A DNA stretch of 63,647 bases, the filler included, from Choristocarpus tenellus KU-1152 (lineage: Eukaryota; Protista; Phaeophyceae): NCBI GenBank assembly GCA_964200185.2. It is 13 parts of 13 records of this genome, joined end to end, with 100 filler letters (N's around TTAATTAATTAA, not from the genome) between each part and the next. Parts side by side here need not be neighbours in the genome. Positions count along the whole stretch, not along the records: positions 49,441 to 54,455 come from CAXNAD020012155.1; positions 54,556 to 59,490 come from CAXNAD020012472.1; positions 59,591 to 63,647 come from CAXNAD020016439.1; 10 more parts are not named here. One strand, 5' to 3'. Of the stretch, positions 52,999-63,647 are shown one piece after another. Position numbers and translations under genes: made by a program. The stretch's first letter is position 1; every line of letters starts with the position of its first letter. The notes below the pieces were generated by a model. It saw nothing but the letters and a program-made list of their open reading frames with translations, was not told where the DNA came from and made no database searches.

Positions 52999-55900
52999 TT
53001 ACTTTTACATTATCAATACTATTCCTTCTTATCTACACTACACTGACTATACATAGAAAGGGACGATAATGTCAAATATAAAAATGTATAATGTGGATCA
53101 ATCTTCACTGTGCTTGGCTGTGACCAGTCAAAACAGAAAACACAACCTCAATATGTGCTGGTTTTAATCCACGGTTCATGTCTGTTTTACCGTGTGACAT
53201 TCATGCGTCTGACCCACACCACATCACTTTTGTTGATCTCAATAACAAAAGTTGACGCGCGCAAATGTATTTGACCGCGCGTATTACCCTCGTCCATGTC
53301 AAGACATCCCAAAAAGGCGACCTGTTCCTGACATGATACATAATATTAATAGGATACACTACTAGACCAGCAGATATTTGTAACCGTCATCAAACCTCTC
53401 TCATACCTGTAATCCAACAAAACAATGTCAAGATTGTTGAAGGAATCGTTGACCAGCATCGTAATCTATTGGTTTTCATGCTGTCTGAAGGAAACCCTGG
53501 CCTGTGATTCTTTCATTTTGTTAGTTTATAATTCCCTGTTGAACATTTTAAAGGTCGAAGTTTTACACAGACCTGACAGTTACACATCTATGTTTCGGTC
53601 AATCATTATACTTCGGACAGGTAGGCACAGACCCCGCCTAGCAAAGCCCTACACTGGCACACACACCCTGCACATTTCCTCCTGATACTGTTGAACTACC
53701 ATGACTCCTAGCCAGCAGAGTTTCTCCTCCTCTTCTCCTCGTGGTACAGACCACACAACCTCCCCATTCACCTCTCCTCCCTCTTGTTCTCTCAGGCACT
53801 ATGTCTGGCTACTTTGTGCGGATAATTCTCCTTTTTCCCTTCCCCCCCCCAGATGTTTCGTTCCTCCTGGTGGTGCTTGAGTACAGTGCTTACTACCTGG
53901 CGAAGCTTCCCCTCCTATTTTCCGCTTAGCACAGTACCCCCACATTACCCATGCACAGCATTATCCTCCGCAGTACCCACTCCGGACATGAAATGACCCT
54001 CAGAGTAAAACATGATGATATTGGTCCCACCACCAAAGCCGGTCAGGAAAATCATTCTTTGTATCTCTTACACACAGCATACACTTATTTGGGCCTCCTG
54101 TAGCTCCTCCTCGTCAATGCAAGGAGGTTGAGGAAGGGTTTGTAAATCAATAGCTTGAAGTTAGGTCAATAAGTATAGTTTTCAGGGATCTAGGGATGGT
54201 AAGAACTTGGTCACATAGGTCTCACCCTCAACAGATTTCTGGACCTTCATGATGAGTACCAGAAGCTTTGCGAGTAAAGGTAGCACCTGGATGCAGCAAA
54301 ACAGGAAGTCAGGGACAGGAGGGAAAAGGAGGTCGGAGGTTTATTAGATATGATGGAAACAATCGACAGTGACAACATCAAATTCTACTCAAGAGTATAT
54401 CATTGTCGAAATTCTAGTAGGTGACCTTCTGACCCAAAGCATCTGGGAAGGGGGGNNNNNNNNNNNNNNNNNNNNNNNNNNNNNNNNNNNNNNNNNNNNT
54501 TAATTAATTAANNNNNNNNNNNNNNNNNNNNNNNNNNNNNNNNNNNNNNNNNNNNCCCACCCCCAACCCCCCCCGGCCTTGTAAAACCCCCCCCCCCCCC
54601 CCCCCCACTGAAGGTGAGGGCTATCATGGAGGAGGGAGGGTTTGTTCTTGAAGGCCGAAAAGAGATGCCTTTTTTGATTCGAGAACACAGGCGGAAGTTC
54701 CAGTGGGGATGTTCTGATGGCACCATCTGGCGCCATCAATGATGAGATAAAGACTCATCCCCCCTACACCTAGAGACTCAAGTAGAGTATGGTAGATTTG
54801 GTGATGTGACTGGGAGAGGGTCCTTAAGGGGGCCTTTTAATCAGACTGGCCCCAGTCAAGAACACAGTCTTGTGGGTTTTGAAGGTAAATTGTAGTCAGG
54901 AGCAAACCAGTCTGCCCTCAACAGTTTTTGTCGTTTTTATCACCAAAATTTGCTGCTTTGTTCTGTTGACTCCGTTGTAGGACAGGGAATGCTTGCTGGT
55001 GGGGGGATATTGATTGTCTTGTTGACTGAGTATGACACAATGGGGTATACAATTAATTAAGTTGGTGTTCTAGGTAGCCTTTTGACTGTGAGGTTAATAG
55101 TTAGAAAGGTGTAGGATACAGAAGTTGGATGGTTCTTGAGGCGCTCTTGGGAATGTGAAAAGAGAGGTAGAGATTTGGTTCACAGTTTGGGAGGGCATCA
55201 AGTGAGAGAACCCTGCATCTGTAACAGTTGTGCTGACTCTGGGATGGTTGCTTGCCTAGAAGGGATTTGAAACAATGGGAGGATAAAGGTTATAAATTGT
55301 CACACCCTCTTTAAGGAGAGAAGGAAGGGCACAAGTGAAGTTTGATCCATATCATGACTTGGAATGCATCAGCAAACCCTTGCAGTAGTCATTTTATCAT
55401 AGTCTCCCTAGTGCAGATGTCACTGCTCCCATCACATAGACATGTATGAACTAATCTCATATATATATATATATATATTAACACATCAATAGTGAAGACT
55501 CCAATACTCGTCACCAGCACATACCACAATATAGAGAGAGGGAAAGAAGAAATACACATGCCACCATGAAACAATGCATGGTGATTGTCACTCATTGTGC
55601 TTTGGTTTTGATTTCTTCCTGTGTGACACTATAAGTGTCAAGGTCAAACAACCTGTTCTCTCTAACGTGAGATAGCCAAGTGTGACTCTCTCTGCCTCCT
55701 GTTTGCAGACTATCACATGGTGTGTGGATCTGTAGCAGGAACACACCTACAATGCCACCTCTGGACACAATGTAGAATTATCTCATCTTCTTTCCTGATT
55801 CAGCAAAAATTACCTCAAATTGAATGCAGCATTGTCCAGATAAAATATCTTGTCAATTTTCTTGTGCAACAAATATACCAGATGTTTTGTACAGATCCAT

Positions 55901-56621
55901 CATGTATAGCCCTACTATTACTAATACCCAAATTGCCAATGGAAAGTTAAAGTGCAACAACAGTCATTCCCACCAGGTACACACAATTCAGCAATCAGCT
56001 ATATTACAAGAAGGCACATAATGCTTCACCCTGTCAAGGATAAGCACTCTCCACTTCAAGGCTGATCTTGACAAACACAGAATCACCCCCTATACAACAA
56101 AAACAGTGGACTTTCCACTTTTAATCAACACTGTTTGATTGGCTTGATTGACTTGTTTAACTACAGAGACATAGAGTGTTAGTGCTATTGGCAGTCACAG
56201 GCCTTACCTTTCCTTCACACATTGAACAGAGAAAAAAGACAATTGGTGAGCCATAAAACATATATTTTCTCTTCCTTTCCCTTCACTCTGACTGACCCCT
56301 TACACAAGTTGCAAGTGTTGTTCAGAAAAAAAAAATGCTTTGCATGGTATTGACAAGAAACACAGGGAGGGACACACTCGGTGTGTTTCTACTGCAGGAC
56401 CATAGAATGCTGTTGGATAGAGCTACTCCTACTCCTCCCCCTATATTCTTTCTGTCCACATCACAGGATGCTTGCCAAATGCCTCACACATCCCAAGTTG
56501 AGAAGATCATGAGAACTGTCAGCCTTCCTAGTCACCTCTGTAACAAAAGGGGTGACCAACCTCAGCAATGTACCAACATTCACCATGCGTCACAATAGCG
56601 CTTATCTTCATTGATTTAGTT

Positions 56622-59381
56622 TTAGTACCTCTCACAGTCAGCTGTAGTGTACTGAGTGCATACTTCATCTGACACTCCTGACTCCTCATAATCCAAACCT
56701 GAGGCTTCCACCTACATTTCATAAGCAAGAGGGTCATTGTCAGGGCAGTGACAAGGAGAGGATGTGAGACCATAGAAAGACTTCATTATAACATTGCAGG
56801 TACTGGGCCAGCTTGACAATTAAAAACACATGGGTCAGCAGTCAATAGTCTGAAAGGAAGCAATGAGGGTGAAAGAGTGAAGTAGGACACTGAATAGGGT
56901 TGTCTGGCAGCACTAAGATTGAGACAATAATCTCCACATGTAAACTCTCAAGTGTCACATCCTCCACTCTCCAAATAGGGTACACTATTATAAAAACACT
57001 AATAATAATACTACCTTAGTGTATGAATTGAAACCACAGATCAAGATTGTTAGCACAATTAACTCTACAGCACAGACGATGACTTGCCCCTACCACTCTC
57101 AATCCATCGCTCAATAGTCAAATCATTAAAACAAGTAACACGCTTGTGTGTGTATTGGCAACATATCCCAAATAAGGAGTGTAGGAGATGTTAATAACAC
57201 TATAAACAGGATAACTGTTGCTATTAATCTATTAATACTACAGCAGTACAATTACGGCGATATTTAATAGATAAATTTTTCAACAATCAGCATGAATAGG
57301 AGACCCTGCAGTGATACACAACACATGCCTCTTTCAAGCAAATTTGTAGGTCATGAGAAAAGTCATGAAAGCACTTATCAATACACTCTTAGAAATAGCT
57401 CACCAGATTGTAGAGGTTGCAGTAGTTCACACCATTGTCTAGGACTGCATACCAGGTTTGGCTACTGGACTTGCCAATGGCCTCACAAGAGGTACCCTTC
57501 CAAAAAAGAGAAAAAAACATTTAGTAAGGTCAGAAATAAAGCTCAGAAAAAAAGGTGAAAAATCAAACTAAACACACATCCAGACAGTAGGAAAGAATCC
57601 AACCAATCAGATCCATCACACTGCCAACACATCCTTGTCTACAAATTGAGGTCAAGTCAGGTCAAGTCATGTCAAGTCAGGCCTAATGGGGAACAAAGAG
57701 CAAGGCAACATTCTTCCATCAAGCATACAACAAGTAGAACATCATGGTGTCATGTCAAAAATCGACATGATATCATTTCTCAACCCTAGCCCTAGTGAAA
57801 TAGATTTTAAAAAACTAGCATGCACAGTAGCTGAACACTTCAAATACATAAACAACACACAACACACAACACACAACAAACAACAAACAACACACATGGT
57901 ACCTTGGCCTTCCAGGCAATGTTGATGTCATCCAGGTAGTGAGCCACTGATGTCTCATGTACAAAGTCCACTCCCCCATGTGTCACACTACCGATGGAGT
58001 AGCCACACCTGTCATTGATGTCCCATGGCAAAGTAAAGGGTTAGGGTTAGGTACAAACATCAAAACAAACAGGTATATTACTACAATCAGAGACATCATC
58101 AATACTCACAACACAATCAATACTCACATCGTCATTTGCTTAAAACACACACACACACACAAAATACAGTGGATTTCTGACATTGCTTGCTCAGTCCTGA
58201 CTGATTTGGGTTTACTGTACTCACTTGTTGCCACCATTGCAATTGTCAAAGCCACTCATGCCTTCTGCAGCAGACACAAGACCCTTTGAAACAGTTTCAC
58301 AATCATCTACAAAAGTCCAGGACACCTTGAGGGGGAGAGAGACATCAAGGCAACAAAAAAAGCAAAAAGCAGGAAGCAACACATGTCAGAAGTTGTCTAT
58401 TGATCGAAGAATGATTGACAGATTTTGACAGTTGCATGGGGGTGGTAGTTTTCATTTGCATTACCAAATTGCCACCATTGCTGACGGAATCATAAAACTA
58501 ACCCTATCCCTAACCCTAACCCTAACCCTAACCCTAACCCTAACCCTAACCCTAAATTGTTTACAAGAAAAAAGGAAAAGGCTCCATGGACGAACCAAAT
58601 CATATGAACCCCAGATATTAATCTACAGACTACTTGGAAATTGTATTCATATTCAAAAACAGAAAAAAAAATCTGAAAAAAATGTGGGAAAAGTCATACC
58701 TGAAAAAAAACTTGAAAAAAAATAGACCGCACATGTGTGATAAATTCAAAAAATTAGTCATATCAATAGCACTAAGAGTTTAGTCATATTAGTAGCACTA
58801 AGAGTCTAGTCATATCAATAGCACTAAGAGTCTAGTCATATCAATAGCACTAAGAGTCTAGTCATATTAGTAGCACTAAGAGTCTAGTCATATCAATAGC
58901 ACTAAGAGTCTAGTCATATCAATAGCACTAAGAGAGTCCTTGTGTTCGCAGATGATATTGTGATAGTATTGTATAGTACTATGAGGGGTGATGGTGATGG
59001 TGAGGAATGACTAACGTAAGTGTGATTTCAAAAAAGCACCTTGCAGCTAGCATGAAGTGGGCCTTCTAGATGCAATCCAAACTTCGGCTTCTTCTTGAGT
59101 GTAGCGTGAGGCTTGTCTTGGTGAACCCCTCCAACAGAGAGTGTAGACACGGTAGGAGATGCTAATGACTTGCCAAAAGAAGCCACAGAGTCATCATAGG
59201 TGCAGCCGTCCTGGACAGTCTTGATTGGCGCATTCCAAAGCTTGTCAAAGCCGTAGTCCTTGAGCAATCCCAGTACATGGGTTTCAGTATCAGTGCCAGT
59301 GAAGGATGGTATGTCTCGGACCAAAACAAAGAGGAAGGCCCTTACAGGGTCGGAGACAATGGCCCACTCATAAGCATCATC
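56622..59381 (-). CDS. Lipocalin (ApoD/Blc-like) domain fused to an uncharacterised Cys-rich domain, 5'-partial, 5 exons
   Basis: Exons 59381-59040, 58325-58225, 58008-57903, 57496-57404 and 56711-56622, with matching phases. YEWAIVSDP..AFLFVLVR marks the lipocalin SCR2/3. It is followed by PLHASCK|VSWTF..C...CNGGNK|CGY...HET...YLDD|..CEAIGKSSSQTWYAVLDNGVNYCNLYNL|...CTQYTTADCERY*. Confidence 0.85.
58499..58555. repeat. Interstitial telomeric tract (TAACCC)~9 in an intron
   Basis: Direct reading of the sequence. Confidence 0.95.
58755..58933. repeat. 26-bp minisatellite, about 7 copies, intronic
   Basis: Unit TAGTCATATCAATAGCACTAAGAGTC, with no spacers. Confidence 0.95.
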
Positions 59382-60534
59382 CTGAGGAACCATAATCCAT
59401 GGGGGGGGGGGGGGGAAAAGGGTAGAAAAATAAGAACAGCTCATTACATTAATGTCAATATTAAATTTAAAAAAATAGAATTAGCATAAANNNNNNNNNN
59501 NNNNNNNNNNNNNNNNNNNNNNNNNNNNNNNNNNTTAATTAATTAANNNNNNNNNNNNNNNNNNNNNNNNNNNNNNNNNNNNNNNNNNNNGGCAGAGTAC
59601 GGCGATTCATGAATGTTCGTGATTTGGAGGTAATCTCGTCCGAAGGTGGTGCAAAAACGGCAACCTTATTGTGGCAAAAAGTCGAACACACTACCGATGC
59701 AATACTTACCTGTAAGGCCCATATTTTGTACACGATGTATTTGGGTGCGGTATTAGGTAGGTTAGGGACTCGGGAATTAAAAAAAAGTATTTTCTGCGTG
59801 CCGGTAACTAAACTCTGCTGTTCGATCTTTACAAAATACGTAAGTTAGCGCATTCTATACCACATTCACCTCGATCTGGTAGCCGAAGTCCGTCGCCACA
59901 GTCTTCGCAACGAAAATGGTCGCCTCATCGCGTCCCATTGCCTTTCCCTGAGGATATGGACGGCCTCAGCAAGACATCGCTACGTCTCCGTTGGGACGAG
60001 GGTCTGCTCCAAAGCTTCCGGCAGGCAGGAAGGGTCTATCCCGCGTTCTTGAACAAGAGACGTGGATACCTGGAACATCATGTGCGTACATATGATAGCC
60101 CAACAATGTGGCAGTGAAGTGGGTTAGCCATTCGATAAGGTTTTGTCACATATGTATGGGTTATTCCGGCGTTGGTTAAGGATGTTGTGGTGTACTGCAG
60201 CATGTTTATTTTTTGCGTGTGCGGGGAAGGAGGACATTTTGATGGGACAAGGGTTTTAGGTGGGGAGCGATCGCGGGACACACGCGGCCTGCGGCACCGA
60301 GAAACATGTTGCTGTGGGCAGGAATACCACGAGGGATAAAAAAGATGAGCAACGAAAAGATCTTCAATGGACTGACTGATAATGAACATAGCAAGGGAAA
60401 CTCGGCAACAACTTCGTATATCAGAATAGTCATCAGGCGATCACGGCACAACTAAAACACTCAACTTACTTCGGTATTTAGTTGATCAGAACGGTCAGGC
60501 GATTATGGAACAACGAAAACACTCCATCACCCAC

Positions 60535-60975
60535 CGTTGGCAATTAGCCTCTCTTCTGCTTGGTTGAACTCCATGTAGATCCGCATGGTGAAAGCGCGCT
60601 CAGGATCAAACACTCTCTTCAGCACCGTTACTCTATGGTTTCCGTCCAATACACGCCCTTCAATGGCAAGCGAAGTTTCGGTGTTGAGCTGATCCACATT
60701 ACCTATACAGTCTCGCTGGATGACAACACTTGGAAGCAAACTGCTCCAGCCAGCCTTTCTCTTTTATAGACTTCCTCACGCGCGCAAGGTCACGCTCGCT
60801 TAAAGGACGCACCATTATCTGTGCATGTGACGTTTGTGAGTTTCATCTTGTACGAGCCGAGGTAGTGATGCTCTAGGAGCAGGGACATGCCGTTCAGAGT
60901 TAAGTCCCACGTTCTTGATCTGTGGGCAGCGCCATCGGCGGGCGGGTGGGTTGTTGTTGAGGGAATGTTGGACAT
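60535..60975 (-). pseudogene. ParB/Sulfiredoxin-fold domain gene, frameshifted first exon
   Basis: Removing single bases near 60812 and 60734 gives ...YKMKLTNVTCTDN-VRPLSERDLARVRKSIKEKGWLEQFA-PSVVIQ...GRVLDGNHRVTVLK...MRIY..FNQAEERLIAN, ending at a G|GTGGGT donor. This fits the R...SI...G.L..P.V...DGxHR pattern of ParB/Srx domains. Confidence 0.7.
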
Positions 60976-61545
60976 GGCAAAGATTGGGAGGGTGTGATGG
61001 GGATGGACAAGTAAGAGGTCTGCGTGGTATCTACAGAAGGGAATGAATTGAAATGAGGACTAAGGGATGGGAGGTGCTGTTTTATTTCATCTGATCTGTC
61101 GATCCTCAAAACTCAGATTTCACGATTTTTACGAGAATTGTATTATAAAAAATGTCAGGGACAGTTTCCTTTTTTGAGATCTCCGACACACACCTTATGT
61201 ATAAGACGCGCGGTCAGATACAATTGCATGCGCCAAACACGTCATTTGAGCTCATCCATACCGACCAGTCCAAAGAAACAGCCACTTTCATGAGATCCGG
61301 ATTTGACCAAACAGCTAACATGGATCCTCAGAATGAAGAACCATTCCAATTCTGAAAAATCTATTTCTTTGCTGTGACGTTGCTCAGTTATTCTGGAACA
61401 TCTGTCATGTTCTGAAAAAGTTGTTCCGTACTGGATTTACTGATCTGTTATGAGATTAGAGCCAAGACCTTGAAACTCGGTCTCACCCTCTGAGGTGAAA
61501 GAGTCTCAGTCCGGTGATTGTGATTGCCCCCTTTGAGCAGAGAAC

Positions 61546-62217
61546 TTGGCACCTTTAACACTTCCACAGTGGTACTCACGCCTAGTGTTCAAGGGGGCTA
61601 ACTCACGCCACATTTTGTCTGACATTACCATTCCCACACCTACTGCCGCATTTAATGCCAACAGCAAGGAGAGGTCGGCTATAAGGAAAGGGAAGAATGC
61701 AACCTTAAGCACGACAACTGATGGTGGTAATGAGGGGGGTATCATTAATGGCCAACCTCGACCGATTCCCACGACTACATTGGTAGATAAAGGCACCCCT
61801 GGTGGCTCGCTAGAGCAGGAAGGGATGGCGGAGCAGAGGCTGAGGGAAGGCCCTGCCCGTAATTCGGGCCTGAACCGGTTCAGCGTGTTGACATAAGATA
61901 TCGAAGAGAATGGCGAACACAGTGCGGTGGCGACGTTTGATATCCAGACGTACATGAATCGCCAACTCGTCTACACCAAGAAGATTGTCGATGAGGCCAT
62001 GGAGGGGACTTCGCATGACCAAGGTTTGGTGGCAGCGGCCATGCAAACTTTAAATACGAAGATGAGTATATTGTCCCACCCTACCTCAACCATATCCACA
62101 GGGGCTAGGTTGATCCTTGATCATGATACATCTTCACACAACAAAGACTTACCCCATGAGTTCTGGAGCACAGGCTTTGTCCTTTTCCCCTGTTACCAAA
62201 TAAAAAAAATGGGTTAG
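61546..62217 (+). pseudogene. Decayed ORF of unknown function, divergent from the ParB-like gene
   Basis: ORFs 61546-61896 and 61927-62217 are in the same frame, separated by one TAA. Confidence 0.4.
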
Positions 62218-62477
62218 ACCTTTCTCTCATGTATATCTACACCAACCACAAAAAGCGTTCAATTTGTCAGATTTTATTGGTGATCAAAACAGGTACTGCC
62301 TGTCAGAAATCTCTATTATTCCTCTAACAAACCCCCTGCAGGGTAACATAGAACCATAGGAGGAGAGAGTGAGAAATGAGAAAATATAGAGATGCCCTAC
62401 TGATTCTGTTTCCCTGGAATCTGTAAGGTTAGGAAGTCAAAGAAAACTAGGAACTTAAGTGTTTTGGGCAGACTCAG

Positions 62478-63538
62478 ATGTGGGAGAGAGCAAATAAGAC
62501 TCAACACTGTAAATACTCAAGGTCAGCACACCAAAAAAAGTTGCCACAAGCAGGACATGTAACAACTGTTGCATCTGCTCTTTCTTTTTCCCCACAACCA
62601 ATTTTGGACGTGGGTGACATGTCTTTTACACCTCAAATGTGTTGTTCCACTTTTTCATACTGTTGGCACACATCAGCAATCCAACACTATTCTAACTCCC
62701 CTCGCGTGCTCAATGTGTCATCTCGCCGCGTAAGAATTCCTGGGTATGTTGAAAATGAACCCTTAATGAGTATTACTGTTGATATTGCTACTGACATTCC
62801 AGTAATATCTCTCAGATACATTGAAGCCCACCCAACACTTTGCAAGGCACCCATTCGGGAGATTCCAGCTGGCACTCTGAATTTAAAAGGAGCAGGTGGT
62901 AGACCTCTCTCTGTAACTGGCTTCATTCAATTTACACTACAACTTGGTGACATGTCAATGCCTGTCCAAGCAGTGGTCATACCTAATCTGGGAGTAGATA
63001 AAATATTGTTGGATAACAGCATTATGTCGGCATTTGGGGCAGTGCTAGATTGGGATAGAGAGGAGATGTCATTTAAAGACAGTGATCAATGTATTCCAGC
63101 AAAACACAAAACCGTACCCCTTCCCATCTGTTCCCCCCCAAAAGATTTTTGCCAGACAGAAAATGCATCTCATGTTTCAATTTCAGTAATCACATCTGAA
63201 TTCAATACACCAGTGCACATAGTAAAAAAGATATCCCTTCCCCCTGGCACGGAAACGCTTGTTCCAGTTTGTTCTCAGGCACTTCGAGGAACAGCTACTG
63301 ATGCAGTAGTGGAACCTATCATTTACATTGCACAGACTTCCAGCATGAGGACGACATATATCCCCATTGGCAACACATAATGGTCAGTCGTACCCTCACT
63401 GTTTGGGAATAAGATGGAGGATGTCTAGACAAAATTGCCAATTTGTCACAAAAAGGGATCAAGTTACCAGCTGAGTTTGTAGTTGGTCATGTTTCCCCTG
63501 TGTCAAAAACATATACCTTGTCAGACACCACAGTAAGT
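62478..63538 (+). mobile_element. Ty3/gypsy pol relic: retropepsin-type aspartic protease and downstream linker
   Basis: ITVDIATDIPVIS (degenerate DTGA site), LKGAGGRPLSVTG and ILLDNSIMSAFGAVLDW. Frameshifted after ~63350 and interrupted by a MITE. Confidence 0.8.
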
Positions 63539-63647
63539 GAGTGAAAGTATCTTAGAGGGTACGAGTTTTGCCATGTTTGTCCATTTGGGGCTTGGCTTCC
63601 CATGGGGTTTTTTATTACATTTTTCTACTCCAAAATGTTTCAACATA
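63539..63647 (-). mobile_element. MITE copy truncated by the end of the window
   Basis: Begins GAGTGAAAGTATCTTAGAGGGTACGAG. Confidence 0.9.

Noticed and set aside
53900-55400. Possible LINE reverse-transcriptase relics on either side of the spacer
   Set aside because: Too degraded to support by eye.
58755-58933. 26-bp repeats as a CRISPR array (also the 68- and 77-bp arrays)
   Set aside because: The units are contiguous with no unique spacers, there are no cas genes, and the context is eukaryotic.
4977-59590. Recurrent TTAATTAATTAA motif, and any gene-cluster reading across the window
   Set aside because: It is an artificial linker inside N-runs. The contigs are unrelated, so cross-contig neighbourhoods are not evidence.

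Overview
This window is not one locus. It is 13 short eukaryotic contigs joined by an artificial 100-nt spacer (N44-TTAATTAATTAA-N44): 1-4976, 5077-12102, 12203-15525, 15626-20110, 20211-23193, 23294-27050, 27151-32436, 32537-36904, 37005-40841, 40942-49340, 49441-54455, 54556-59490 and 59591-63647. Adjacency across spacers therefore means nothing. The DNA is intron-rich (GT-AG), transposon-rich and carries interstitial TTAGGG repeats. Gene content and style suggest a stramenopile, probably a brown alga or relative (inference). I spliced these host genes by hand: an AA15-type lytic polysaccharide monooxygenase, NAD(P) transhydrogenase (partial), a Tom70-like TPR protein (partial), a DOCK-family GEF (partial), a motorless MyTH4 protein head-to-head with a complete 7-exon RMD1/DUF155 gene, and a lipocalin fused to an uncharacterised Cys-rich domain. 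There is also a tRNA-Arg(ACG). Mobile DNA includes decayed Ty1/copia and Ty3/gypsy elements, solo LTRs, mariner/Tc1 relics, probable Penelope-like relics and an abundant MITE of about 260 bp. The three most interesting observations are: (1) a frameshifted ParB/Srx-fold gene with a spliceosomal donor site, (2) a MITE that has inserted into its own copies next to an internal palindrome, with mixed 3- and 4-bp target duplications, and (3) the lipocalin/Cys-rich domain fusion, which the ORF track does not show as one protein. All family calls are motif recognition by eye; no database search was run.
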